Source: Minisyncoccales bacterium
GTDB lineage: Bacteria > Patescibacteriota > Minisyncoccia > Minisyncoccales > RBG-13-42-11
Direction: 5' to 3'
Assembly: GCA_049700655.1 (NCBI GenBank)
Contig: JBNAUV010000001.1
Location: forward strand, 551-64,550
DNA length: 64,000 nt
Shown: positions 11,032 through 20,069 of the stretch, in pieces
Numbering within the stretch: position 1 is the first letter of the stretch
Layout: each line of letters starts with the position of its first letter
Notes under the pieces: generated by a model
Told to the model about the DNA's origin: nothing
The model's input: the letters and a program-made list of their open reading frames with translations, nothing else
Database searches by the model: none
Position numbers and translations under genes: made by a program

Positions 11032-11403
11032 ATGATTCAACCAAGAACAATGTTGAAAGTTATTGATAATACTGGCGCCAAGATCGTTCAGTGCATTCAT
11101 GTTTTGGGCGGCACGCGGCGACGCTGGGCGCAAATTGGCGATGTGATTGTGGCTGTAGTCAAGGAGGCTGAGCCGAGAAAAATTGTTAAAAAACACGAGG
11201 TTGTGAGGGCGTTAATTGTCCGCCAAAAAAGAAATTTTCGTCGCACTGATGGAACTTATATTCGGTTTGATGATAATGCAGTAGTGATTTTAGAAGGAAA
11301 AACAAAAGATCCCAAAGGTGGTCGAATCAGCGGTCCCATACCCAAAGAGATTAAAGAAAAAGGTTTTGATAAAGTGGCAGCTTTAGCCTCAGAATTAGTT
11401 TAA
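11032..11403 (+). CDS. rplN: 50S ribosomal protein L14
   Basis: MIQPRTMLKVIDNTGAK... Confidence 0.95.
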   Translation: MIQPRTMLKVIDNTGAKIVQCIHVLGGTRRRWAQIGDVIVAVVKEAEPRKIVKKHEVVRALIVRQKRNFRRTDGTYIRFDDNAVVILEGKTKDPKGGRISGPIPKEIKEKGFDKVAALASELV

Positions 11404-11415
11404 AAATTAATTTTT

Positions 11416-11721
11416 ATGAGAATTAGAAAAGGAGATATTGTTTTAATAATTAAAGGAAAAGATCGGGGTAAAAAAGGCAAGGTTTTACAAGTTTTTCCGC
11501 GAGAAAATAGAATCATGGTTGAGGGTGTTAATTTAAGGAAAAAACATCAACGGCCGCGCCGGGCAGGCGAGAAAGGGCAGATTATTATTCTGCCGGGTCG
11601 TTTTTCAGCCAGCAATGTTAAACTTATTTGTTCTAAATGCGGTCAAGCCACTCGAGTGGGATATAAAATTGAAGGAGAAAAGAAATTTAGAATTTGCAAG
11701 AAATGCCATCAAGAAACATAA
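11416..11721 (+). CDS. rplX: 50S ribosomal protein L24 (KOW) with a C-terminal CxxC...CxxC zinc-ribbon variant
   Basis: KGDIVLIIKGKDRGKKGKV is the KOW motif; the C-terminus reads CSKCGQATRVGYKIEGEKKFRICKKCHQ. Confidence 0.9.
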   Translation: MRIRKGDIVLIIKGKDRGKKGKVLQVFPRENRIMVEGVNLRKKHQRPRRAGEKGQIIILPGRFSASNVKLICSKCGQATRVGYKIEGEKKFRICKKCHQET

Positions 11722-11745
11722 TTTATTAAAGAAAAGACAAATAAT

Positions 11746-12303
11746 ATGTTACGTTTACAAGAAAAATATCAAAAAGAAGCAGTGCCAGCCATGATGAAAA
11801 AATTTGGCTATAAAAGCGTAATGGCTGTGCCGAAGTTAGTCAAAGTGGTTGTTAATACAGGTTATGGCAAGCAAATAGTTGATAAAACTGGCGAAGAGCA
11901 AAAAAAAATTATCAATGCTATTTTAGAAGATTTAAGTTTAATTTGTGGACAGAGAGCGATAAAGACATTTGCCCGGAAGTCAATTTCAGGTTTTAAGGTC
12001 AGACAAGGTATGCCGATTGGCGCTAAAGTAACTTTGCGCCGAAAAAAAATGATGGATTTTTTAGATAAATTAATTCATTTGGTTTTGCCGCGCACCAGGG
12101 ATTTCTGGGGTATTCCTGAGAAATCAGTTGATCGTCGGAGTTTGACTATTGCCATTAAAGAACATATTGCTTTTCCTGAGGTTTCACCAGAAAAAGTACG
12201 GAGCATTTTTGGTTTAGAAGTAACTGTAATGACCAACGCCAAAACAAGAGAAGAAGCATTAGAATTATTTAAATTATTGGGATTTCCCATTAAAAGTTCA
12301 TAA
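11746..12303 (+). CDS. rplE: 50S ribosomal protein L5
   Basis: Conserved L5 sequence. Confidence 0.95.
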   Translation: MLRLQEKYQKEAVPAMMKKFGYKSVMAVPKLVKVVVNTGYGKQIVDKTGEEQKKIINAILEDLSLICGQRAIKTFARKSISGFKVRQGMPIGAKVTLRRKKMMDFLDKLIHLVLPRTRDFWGIPEKSVDRRSLTIAIKEHIAFPEVSPEKVRSIFGLEVTVMTNAKTREEALELFKLLGFPIKSS

Positions 12304-12307
12304 ATCT

Positions 12308-12493
12308 ATGGCCACCCAAGCTCAAATAGCCAAAGCCAAAAAGAAACCAAAATTTAAAAGTCGAATTATTAGACGTTGTTTTAGGTGCGGCCGAAAGAGA
12401 GGTTATTTGCGAAAATTTGGTTTATGCCGCATTTGTTTTCGGGAAATGGCTAATCAGGGGTTGATACCTGGAGTAAAAAAATCAAGCTGGTAA
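12308..12493 (+). CDS. rpsZ: 30S ribosomal protein S14 type Z (zinc-binding)
   Basis: 61 aa with [23 protein letters not shown]. Confidence 0.93.
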   Translation: MATQAQIAKAKKKPKFKSRIIRRCFRCGRKRGYLRKFGLCRICFREMANQGLIPGVKKSSW

Positions 12494-12535
12494 AACTATT
12501 TAAAAATTAAAAATTTAAAATTAAAAATTAATCTT

Positions 12536-12922
12536 ATGGATCCAATTGCTGATATGTTAACTGCTATAAGAAATGCTTTAGCTGTGGGAAAACCAACAGT
12601 GGTGGTTCCTTTTTCTAAAATAAAATATGAAATAACCCAAATTTTAACTCGTGAAGGATTTATTGAGAAAGCGATTAAACACGATAGAAAAACAAAAAAA
12701 ACAATAGAGATTTATTTGAAATATAAAGATAAGGTGCCGGTTATCTCAGGATTGAAGAAAGTTTCTAAACCAGGGCAAAGAATTTATTTGCCAGCCCGTA
12801 AAATAAAAAGAGTTAAAAGCGGGTATGGCTTGGCTGTTATTTCTACTTCTCAAGGATTAATGACTGACAGAGAGGCAAGAAAACAAAATTTAGGCGGCGA
12901 AATAATAGCTGAAATTTGGTAA
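12536..12922 (+). CDS. rpsH: 30S ribosomal protein S8
   Basis: DPIADMLTAIRNA... Confidence 0.95.
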   Translation: MDPIADMLTAIRNALAVGKPTVVVPFSKIKYEITQILTREGFIEKAIKHDRKTKKTIEIYLKYKDKVPVISGLKKVSKPGQRIYLPARKIKRVKSGYGLAVISTSQGLMTDREARKQNLGGEIIAEIW

Positions 12923-12931
12923 TTTAAATTT

Positions 12932-13522
12932 ATGAGTCGTGTAGGCAAAAAACCAATTTTAATACCAGCCGGAGTTGAAGTAAAAATTGACGGACAAAAA
13001 GTTGTAGTTAAAGGTCCGCGGGGCGAACTTTTTAAAATAATTCATCCAGAAATTAGAGTTGAAACAAAAGATAATCAAATTTTTACTTCATCCCTTTTAG
13101 ATTTAACCAAAGGAAAAGACAATAAAACATTAACCGGTCGTCAAATTAAGAAAATTAAAGCTCTTTGGGGTTTGTCGCGTGTTTTGATTGCCAATATGAT
13201 TAAAGGTGTAACCGAGGGTTTTGAGAAAAAATTAGAAATTAGCGGCATTGGCTTCAAAGCAGAAGTTAGTGGCAATGAATTAATTTTATCAGTTGGTTTT
13301 AGTCACCCAATTAAATTAAAAATCCCGGCTGGCTTACAAGTTTCGGTGGTCAAAAATATTATTACAGTGAGTGGAGTTGATAAAGAATTAGTGGGCCAGT
13401 TTGCGGCAGTGGTGAGAAAGGTAAAATTAGCCGAACCCTATAAGGGTAAAGGCATAAAATATGTGGGTGAAGTGATTCGGCGAAAGGTTGGCAAAAAAGC
13501 AGCTGCGGTTGCTGGTAAATAA
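12932..13522 (+). CDS. rplF: 50S ribosomal protein L6
   Basis: SRVGKKPIL.P.GV... Confidence 0.95.
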   Translation: MSRVGKKPILIPAGVEVKIDGQKVVVKGPRGELFKIIHPEIRVETKDNQIFTSSLLDLTKGKDNKTLTGRQIKKIKALWGLSRVLIANMIKGVTEGFEKKLEISGIGFKAEVSGNELILSVGFSHPIKLKIPAGLQVSVVKNIITVSGVDKELVGQFAAVVRKVKLAEPYKGKGIKYVGEVIRRKVGKKAAAVAGK

Positions 13523-13532
13523 TTAAAATATT

Positions 13533-13880
13533 ATGTTAGAAAAACAAGAAAAAAGATACCGTCGCCATAAAAGAATAAGAGCCAAAGTTTTTGGCACAAC
13601 TGCTCGACCACGACTTTGCGTTTTTAGGTCATCTAAACATATTTATGCGCAGTTAATCAATGATGAAGAAGGTAAAGTATTGGCCGCGGCCAGCGATAAT
13701 GAAATTAAGAAAAAAATTAAAGGAAAGATTAAAATAGCCGAGGAGGTAGGTCATTTGATTGCTCAAAAGGCGCAAAAATTAAAGATTGCAAAAGTAGTTT
13801 TCGATCGCGGCGGTTATCAATATCATGGTCGAGTAAAAGCTTTGGCTGAGGGAGCCAGGCAAGAAGGATTAAAGTTTTAA
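13533..13880 (+). CDS. rplR: 50S ribosomal protein L18
   Basis: [20 protein letters not shown]...[20 protein letters not shown]. Confidence 0.95.
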   Translation: MLEKQEKRYRRHKRIRAKVFGTTARPRLCVFRSSKHIYAQLINDEEGKVLAAASDNEIKKKIKGKIKIAEEVGHLIAQKAQKLKIAKVVFDRGGYQYHGRVKALAEGARQEGLKF

Positions 13881-13894
13881 ATGATATATTATTT

Positions 13895-14371
13895 ATGGCT
13901 ACTAATCATCAACCAAAACCAGCCATAGAGAAAAAAGAAGAATTTGAATCAAAACTTTTAGACCTAACCAGAGTTACCCGAGTTACTGCTGGCGGCAAAC
14001 ATTTACGTTTTCGGGCAGTCGTGGTGGTGGGTAATAAACAGGGCAAGGTGGGTGTTGGCGTGGCCAAAGGATTAGATGTTGCCCAAGCGGTTGAAAAAGC
14101 GGATCGTTTAGCCAGAAAGAATTTAATAACAGTTGCTTTAAAAAATGAAACAATTCCTCATGAGGTTTACGCTAAAGTCGGTGCGGCTGAAGTAGTTTTA
14201 AAACCGCAAAAAAGAGGCAAAGGATTAGTGGCTGGCGGAGCGGTGAGAACTATTTGTTTATTGGCTGGTATAAAAGATGTTTCTTCAAAAATTTTAGGCC
14301 GGACGAAAAATAAATTAAACAATGCGTGGGCAACCATCGCCGCGCTTAAGAAATTAAAAACAAAAGGCTAA
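13895..14371 (+). CDS. rpsE: 30S ribosomal protein S5
   Basis: RVTRVTAGGKHLRFRAVVVVGN... Confidence 0.95.
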   Translation: MATNHQPKPAIEKKEEFESKLLDLTRVTRVTAGGKHLRFRAVVVVGNKQGKVGVGVAKGLDVAQAVEKADRLARKNLITVALKNETIPHEVYAKVGAAEVVLKPQKRGKGLVAGGAVRTICLLAGIKDVSSKILGRTKNKLNNAWATIAALKKLKTKG

Positions 14372-14380
14372 TTTTGTTAT

Positions 14381-14818
14381 ATGCAACTACATGAAATAAA
14401 ACCTAAACATTATTTTAAAAAGCGCCGCCGGCGCGGCCGTGGCGGTAAACGTGGGACATATTCTGGTCGGGGAATTAAGGGCCAGAAGGCTAGGGCTGGG
14501 AGAAAATTAAAGCCAATTATTCGAGAGTTAATTAAGCGTTACCCAAAATTAAGGGGATATCGACAAAAATCAAATATAAAGAAACAGAAAATAATTGCTC
14601 TTAATTTAGATCTTTTAGAAAATAACTTTAAAGAAGGCGAAATTGTTAATCCGCAAATTTTATTAGAAAAGGGTTTGATTAAAGAAATAAAAGGCAAAAC
14701 ACCATTGGTAAAAATTTTGAGCCGCGGCGAAATAAAAAAAGCTCTAACAATTGAAAATTGTTTGTTTTCTCAAAAAGCCAAAGAAAAATTGGAAAAAGCC
14801 GGCAGTGTGATAAAATAA
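14381..14818 (+). CDS. rplO: 50S ribosomal protein L15
   Basis: Glycine/arginine-rich N-terminus (RRRGRGGKRGTYSGRG). It lies 9 nt after rpsE, so there is no rpmD (L30). Confidence 0.93.
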   Translation: MQLHEIKPKHYFKKRRRRGRGGKRGTYSGRGIKGQKARAGRKLKPIIRELIKRYPKLRGYRQKSNIKKQKIIALNLDLLENNFKEGEIVNPQILLEKGLIKEIKGKTPLVKILSRGEIKKALTIENCLFSQKAKEKLEKAGSVIK

Positions 14819-14830
14819 AATTGAGAATTT

Positions 14831-16108
14831 ATGTGGTACGAGAAAGTTGTTCAAATATTCAAAATTCCTGATCTAAGAAAAAAAATTCTTTTTACCTTAG
14901 GGGTTTTGGCTATTTTTAGATTAATGGCTAATTTGCCCATTCCGGGCATTTCTTCAACCAAGATGAGAGAATTTTTTGAGAGCGCCCAGATATTTGGTCT
15001 TTTAGATTTATTTAGTGGTGGCGCTTTAGACAAGCTTTCTTTAGCCATGTTGGGCTTGGGCCCTTATATTACAGCCACGATTATTATGCAGTTATTAACC
15101 ATGATTTTTCCCTCTTTGGAGAAGTTGTATAAAGAAGAAGGAGAGCAGGGTAGACGAAAATTTAATCAATATAGTAGAATTCTCACCGTGCCCCTGGCTT
15201 TTTTGCAGGCCTATAGTATGTTAATGTTATTGCAGCGTCAAGGAATTATTGAGTCCCTTTCCTGGAGTTTGGTTTTAACCTCATCTTTAACTATTACCAC
15301 AAGCGTCATGATTTTAATGTGGTTGGGCGAGTTGATTTCAGAAAAAGGTATTGGCAACGGCGTTTCTCTGTTGATTTTTGCCGGTATTGTGGCCGGCGTG
15401 CCGGTTCAAATTAGACAAATAATTTTAACCTGGGACCAATCTCTTTTGCCTTCTTATTTAGCCTTTTTTGCTTTGTCTTTTTTTATTATCGCTGGCGTAG
15501 TCTTGGTTAATGAGGGTCGGCGTAATATTCCAGTTTCTTACGCTAAAAGAGTGAGAGGCACTAAAATTTATGGCGGCGTTTCTACTTATCTTCCTTTAAA
15601 TGTTAATCCGGCTGGCGTTATTCCTATTATTTTTGCTATGTCAATTTTGCTCTTTCCCGGAATGATCGCCAATTTTTTGACAGGAACTAGTGGTTTGGTT
15701 GGCGTTATTGCTTTGGCGTTAAAACGATTTTTTGAAAATGCTTGGGTTTATAATAGTTTATATTTTGTTTTAATCATTTTATTTACTTATTTTTATACTG
15801 CTGTCACCTTTGACCCCAAAGCCATTGCGACTAATTTGCAAAAAATGGGTGGTTTTGTTCCGGGCATTAGACCGGGCGAAAACACTGCCAAATTTATGCA
15901 TTATATTTTAAATCGAGTCCTTTTAATTGGCGCTATTTTTTTAGGTTTTATTGCTGTGACACCGTCAATTATTGGCAGTTTAACCGGTGTAACCGTTTTT
16001 AGGTTCTTAATTGGCGGTACAGCTTTATTGATTGTGGTTTCTGTGGTTTTGGATTTAGTTCGCCAAATTAAAGCGCAATTACAGATGAGAGAATATGAAA
16101 TATTCTAA
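14831..16108 (+). CDS. secY: preprotein translocase subunit SecY
   Basis: 10-TM protein with conserved SecY motifs; located after rplO. Confidence 0.95.
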   Translation: MWYEKVVQIFKIPDLRKKILFTLGVLAIFRLMANLPIPGISSTKMREFFESAQIFGLLDLFSGGALDKLSLAMLGLGPYITATIIMQLLTMIFPSLEKLYKEEGEQGRRKFNQYSRILTVPLAFLQAYSMLMLLQRQGIIESLSWSLVLTSSLTITTSVMILMWLGELISEKGIGNGVSLLIFAGIVAGVPVQIRQIILTWDQSLLPSYLAFFALSFFIIAGVVLVNEGRRNIPVSYAKRVRGTKIYGGVSTYLPLNVNPAGVIPIIFAMSILLFPGMIANFLTGTSGLVGVIALALKRFFENAWVYNSLYFVLIILFTYFYTAVTFDPKAIATNLQKMGGFVPGIRPGENTAKFMHYILNRVLLIGAIFLGFIAVTPSIIGSLTGVTVFRFLIGGTALLIVVSVVLDLVRQIKAQLQMREYEIF

Positions 16109-16766
16109 AAAACCAAGGGTTATCATTTTACTTGGCCGACCTGGTTCCGGCAAGGGCACTCAGGCAAGATTGCTTTGTCAAAAATTTAATTTGATCTATT
16201 TTGGCGCCGGCGATGCTTTAAGGGCGCGCCAGAAAAAAGGCGATTTTACCGCAAAAAAATTAATTAAAGTGATGAATCAGGGCAAGTTGGTGCCGCGTTT
16301 TGTCATTGCCAAACTTTGGATAGACAAAATGGAAGAATTTAAAAAACAAAAAAATTTTCGCGGCTTTATTTGCGATGGCAGTCCACGTATTTTGACGGAA
16401 GCCGAACTTTTTGACGAGGCCTTGGCTTGGTATGAATGGGACAAAAGAACAAAAGTTTTTTTAATTGATATTTCGGCCCGCGAGGCGATTGAACGTTTAA
16501 CCAAAAGAAGACAGTGTCAAAGATGTAAAAAAATAATTCCTTGGATTGGCGAATTTAAAAAATTGGAAAGATGCGATGAATGCCATGGAAAATTAGTGGT
16601 GCGGCCAGATGATAAAATAGGCGCCATTAAAAGCAGGTTGGCCGAATTTCAGGATAAAGTAATGAAAGTAGTTAGATATTATCAAAAACAAAATAAACTC
16701 ATTAAAATTAACGGAGAACAAAGCATTGAGGGGGTTTTTAAGGATATTTTGCAGTATTTAAGATAA
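16095..16766 (+). CDS. adk: adenylate kinase with a zinc-binding LID
   Basis: GRPGSGKGTQ P-loop; LID region CQRC...CDEC. Confidence 0.93.
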   Translation: MKYSKKPRVIILLGRPGSGKGTQARLLCQKFNLIYFGAGDALRARQKKGDFTAKKLIKVMNQGKLVPRFVIAKLWIDKMEEFKKQKNFRGFICDGSPRILTEAELFDEALAWYEWDKRTKVFLIDISAREAIERLTKRRQCQRCKKIIPWIGEFKKLERCDECHGKLVVRPDDKIGAIKSRLAEFQDKVMKVVRYYQKQNKLIKINGEQSIEGVFKDILQYLR

Positions 16767-16821
16767 TTAATAATTAACCAGACAGAGATAAAAACTCGGC
16801 TAAATTTTTATTTATGAATTT

Positions 16822-17574
16822 ATGATAAAAATAAAATCGCCAGACGAAATTAAGATAATGGCTGAGGGCGGTAAGATTTTAGCTAAAATTATAAAAAAAT
16901 TATCTGATCAAATAAAGCCAGGTATCACCACTCAACAATTAAATGATTTGGCTGAAGAATTAATTTTACAATCAGGTGGCCAGTGTTCGTTTAAGGGATA
17001 TCAAAATTATCCTGCCTGTCTTTGTGTTTCAATTAATGAAGAAATTGTTCATAGCCTGCCAGGTCCGCGGCCAATCAAAGAGGGCGATCTTGTTTCTCTG
17101 GATTTGGGAATTTTTTATCGCGGTTATCATACTGATATGGCTATAACAAGACCAGTTGGCCGTGTTAGTCAGAGGGCCTTAAAATTAATTCGGGTAACTA
17201 AAACAGCCTTAAAACGAGGAATTAAAGAAATAAAACCCGGGGCTTATTTGGGTGATGTTGGTCAGGCCATTCAAAATTATGTAGAAAGCCAGGGATTTAA
17301 TGTGGTCAGAGAGCTTTGCGGTCATGGCATTGGCTGCAAATTACATGAGGACCCGCAGGTTTTAAATTATGGAGCAAGAGGAACAGGCCAACAATTGAAA
17401 GAAGGTATGGTTTTATGTTTAGAGCCAATGGTCACTATGGCTGATTGGCGAATAAAAAAAAGCGAGGATGGTTATGGTTTTAAGACAATTGATAATTCTT
17501 TGTCTTGCCATTTTGAGCAGACAGTGGCGGTAACAAAAAAAGGTTGTCAGATTTTGACACCATTTAATTTTTAA
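16822..17574 (+). CDS. map: methionine aminopeptidase type I
   Basis: Pita-bread fold with metal ligands (D...D...H...E...E); conserved order after adk. Confidence 0.92.
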   Translation: MIKIKSPDEIKIMAEGGKILAKIIKKLSDQIKPGITTQQLNDLAEELILQSGGQCSFKGYQNYPACLCVSINEEIVHSLPGPRPIKEGDLVSLDLGIFYRGYHTDMAITRPVGRVSQRALKLIRVTKTALKRGIKEIKPGAYLGDVGQAIQNYVESQGFNVVRELCGHGIGCKLHEDPQVLNYGARGTGQQLKEGMVLCLEPMVTMADWRIKKSEDGYGFKTIDNSLSCHFEQTVAVTKKGCQILTPFNF

Positions 17575-17600
17575 AAAAATTTATGGTATAATTTTAAAAT

Positions 17601-18329
17601 ATGCGTCTATCAGTTATTATTCCGGCTTATAATGAAGCCAAAAGAATTAGCCAAACATTAAAATCAATAAATGATTATTTAACTCGGCAATCTTATACTT
17701 ATGAGATTTTAGTGGTAGATAATGGATCGACCGATGAGACGCCAGTTTTAGTAGAAGAATTAAAATCAGCAATTAAGAATCTGAAATTAATTAAAGGAAA
17801 ACAGGGTCGAGGCAAAGGGTTTGCTGTTAGAGAGGGTATGTTAAACGCGCGGGGCGATTTTCGGGTTTTTACTGATGCTGACAATTCAACTCCTCTTGAT
17901 CAAGTTGAGAAAATGTGGCCCGAATTTGAAAGGGGCTATGAGGTAGTAATTGGTTCACGCGATGTTCAGGGCGCTGTCTTGGATCCGCCTCAACCGTGGT
18001 GGCGCAAATTAATTTTAGGCGAAGGTTTTAAGCTTTATCGTAAATTAATTATTGGTTTGTGGCCAATTAAAGATACACAATGCGGTTTTAAAGGTTTTAC
18101 AAAAAAAGCAGCTGAGGATATTTTTCCTCTTTGCCGGATTGATCATTTTGCTTTTGATCCAGAGGTTTTGATTATTGCTCAAAAATTAGGTTATAAAATT
18201 AAAGAAATACCTATTTATTGGAAAAACGATCCCAATAGTACAGTTAAATTTAATTCAATATTCAAAATGGCCATTGATTTAATTAAGATAAGAATTAATT
18301 TAATTAAAGGAAGATATGAGCGAAAATAA
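17601..18329 (+). CDS. family 2 glycosyltransferase (polyprenol-phosphate sugar synthase / Dpm1-like)
   Basis: N-terminal VIIPAYNE... and a DxD motif (TDAD), as in GT-A fold enzymes. Confidence 0.8.
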   Translation: MRLSVIIPAYNEAKRISQTLKSINDYLTRQSYTYEILVVDNGSTDETPVLVEELKSAIKNLKLIKGKQGRGKGFAVREGMLNARGDFRVFTDADNSTPLDQVEKMWPEFERGYEVVIGSRDVQGAVLDPPQPWWRKLILGEGFKLYRKLIIGLWPIKDTQCGFKGFTKKAAEDIFPLCRIDHFAFDPEVLIIAQKLGYKIKEIPIYWKNDPNSTVKFNSIFKMAIDLIKIRINLIKGRYERK

Positions 18330-19356
18330 AAAGAATATCAAAAAATTTCCTTCAGAATTGCGTTTTGACTTAATTTCTGGAGATTGGGTGGTGATTGCCA
18401 CTGGTCGGGCGCGGCGACCAGAAATGTTTAAGAAACGAAAAGAAACCGAAGAAGTTTTACCGCCTGAATTATGCCCATTTTGTCAAATGGCGAGACAAAA
18501 AAAACCAGTGCTAATTTTTGCCCAGGGTAAAAAATTACCACCCCAAAGCAAATTACCGCAAAATTGGACCACAGTTGTTATCCCCAATAAATATCCAGCG
18601 TTTATTCCTAGCCAGAAGATTGTTAAAAAAAAGGAAGGTCCTTTTTATGAAATAATTCAAGCCACTGGGTTTCATGAAGTAGTAATTACTCGTGATCATT
18701 GGCGCTCTTTGGCTTTATTTAAAGTAGAGGAAGTGAAAGAAATTATTGATGTTTATCATGATCGTTTCCAAAATTTAATGAACAAAAAATTTGTCAATTA
18801 TATTTCTATTTTTCATAATCATAAAGCCGAGGCAGGCGCTTCAATTTTTCATCCACATTCACAAATCATTACCACACCATTAATTGATGTTGATTTAAAT
18901 AAGGCAATTGTTAATGCTGATAGATATTATCAAAAAACAAAAAAATGTCTTTATTGCGAAGTGGGCAAATGGGAGATGAAAGTTAAAAAAAGGATTATTT
19001 TTGAAAATAAACATTTTTTTGCGCTTTGTCCTTTTGCCTCTAAATCAGCCTTTGAAATGATTATTTCGCCAAAAAAACACCTTTCTTATTTTCAGGAAAT
19101 TACTGAAGAAGAAAAATGGTCTTTGGCCGAAGCTTTTCAGATAGTGCTTTATAAGCTATACAAGGGTTTAGCCGATCCAGCTTATAATTTTTATTTACAT
19201 ACTGCTCCGACAGTTGGTAAATTTTACCCCCAATATCATTGGCACTGGACAATTTTGCCCAAGACAGCTGTTTGGGCTGGTTTTGAAATTGGCACTGGTA
19301 TGGAAATTTCCACCATTGAACCAGAAAAAGCTGCCGCTTATTTAAGAAAACAATAA
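18316..19356 (+). CDS. galactose-1-phosphate uridylyltransferase-like (GalT/HIT-superfamily nucleotidyltransferase)
   Basis: N-terminal R.D...G.WV...RARRP; a CPFC zinc motif; an HPHSQI active-site motif matching the GalT HPH. Confidence 0.7.
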   Translation: MSENKKNIKKFPSELRFDLISGDWVVIATGRARRPEMFKKRKETEEVLPPELCPFCQMARQKKPVLIFAQGKKLPPQSKLPQNWTTVVIPNKYPAFIPSQKIVKKKEGPFYEIIQATGFHEVVITRDHWRSLALFKVEEVKEIIDVYHDRFQNLMNKKFVNYISIFHNHKAEAGASIFHPHSQIITTPLIDVDLNKAIVNADRYYQKTKKCLYCEVGKWEMKVKKRIIFENKHFFALCPFASKSAFEMIISPKKHLSYFQEITEEEKWSLAEAFQIVLYKLYKGLADPAYNFYLHTAPTVGKFYPQYHWHWTILPKTAVWAGFEIGTGMEISTIEPEKAAAYLRKQ

Positions 19357-19370
19357 TTCTTCATGGTAAT

Positions 19371-19401
19371 AAAAAAACCCCAACTTGAAGTCGGGGTTTT
19401 T
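19371..19401. terminator. bidirectional rho-independent terminator between convergent genes
   Basis: aaaaaaa-CCCCAAC-ttgaa-GTCGGGG-ttttt: hairpin flanked by an A-run and a T-run, lying between the galT-like gene (+) and the receiver gene (-). Confidence 0.75.
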
Positions 19402-19412
19402 AATTTTTGTTA

Positions 19413-19781
19413 TTAACAATATTTTTCATTGATAATTTCTATTAACAAACCCAAATCAAAGGGTTTGTTTAGCATTTTAACGCCATAATTTTCATATTTT
19501 TTCTTTAAAGAATCTGAAGTATCACCAGTAGTGGAAAAGACCTTGATTTGACCCTGTTGAATTTGATCTTTAAGTAATTCTACAACTTGCCATCCTTCAT
19601 TGCCTTGGTTGCCAAAACTGTGGTCAAGAAAAAGTACATCAGGCTGATGGATTTCAATTGCTTTTAAGGCTTCTTCTATATTATGGCATTCAGCAAAACA
19701 GACATTAGGGTATCTTTTTAAACACCGAGCCATGGTGTTTAAAAAATTTTTTTCATCATCAATAAATAAGAACTTTTTCAT
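19413..19781 (-). CDS. orphan single-domain response regulator (CheY-like receiver)
   Basis: FIDDE acidic pocket, a phospho-acceptor Asp in LFLDHSF, conserved T and K. There is no output domain and no histidine kinase nearby. Confidence 0.8.
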   Translation of the reverse strand: MKKFLFIDDEKNFLNTMARCLKRYPNVCFAECHNIEEALKAIEIHQPDVLFLDHSFGNQGNEGWQVVELLKDQIQQGQIKVFSTTGDTSDSLKKKYENYGVKMLNKPFDLGLLIEIINEKYC

Positions 19782-19788
19782 TTTTTTA

Positions 19789-19794
19789 CCTCCT
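19789..19794 (-). promoter_or_regulatory. canonical AGGAGG Shine-Dalgarno 7 nt upstream of the receiver-gene ATG
   Basis: Plus-strand CCTCCT. No other gene start in the window has a strong SD. Confidence 0.7.
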
Positions 19795-19831
19795 TTCTTT
19801 TATTATTTTTATAAAGGTGCTTTATTTTAAA

Positions 19832-19859
19832 ATAATAATATAAAATTAATTTTTGTCAA
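19832..19859 (-). promoter_or_regulatory. promoter TTGACA-16-TATTAT for the receiver gene
   Basis: Perfect -35 TTGACA (plus-strand tgtcaa at 19854-19859) and a -10 TATTAT. Confidence 0.5.
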
Positions 19860-20028
19860 TGTTTATCTTTTCTGTTACAAACATCCTTACAAACTTAAGA
19901 ATGTAAGAATGTTGTATTTTGTTGGAATTTGAGTATAAAATTCGGGAATTAGAGGGACCTGTTTTTGGAGAATTAGGAAGAATTGCTTTTGAAGCCAAAG
20001 AAATTTTCTTTGTTATTATCATAAAAAG

Positions 20029-20057
20029 TTGCTGTTTTTTTTATTTTTTGCTAAAAT
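20029..20057 (+). promoter_or_regulatory. promoter TTGCTG-17-TAAAAT abutting the tpiA start
   Basis: -10 at 20052-20057; ATG at 20070, so the leader is very short or absent. Confidence 0.4.
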
Positions 20058-20069
20058 AAAAATAAAATT

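Noticed and set aside
19782-20069. Possible small ORF or ncRNA in the 288-nt divergent spacer between the receiver gene and tpiA.
   Set aside because: The only ATG-initiated frame stops after 15 codons. The region is explained by two divergent promoters (19832-19859 on the minus strand and 20029-20057 on the plus strand) and short direct repeats (TTACAAAC, TAAGAATGT) of unclear significance.
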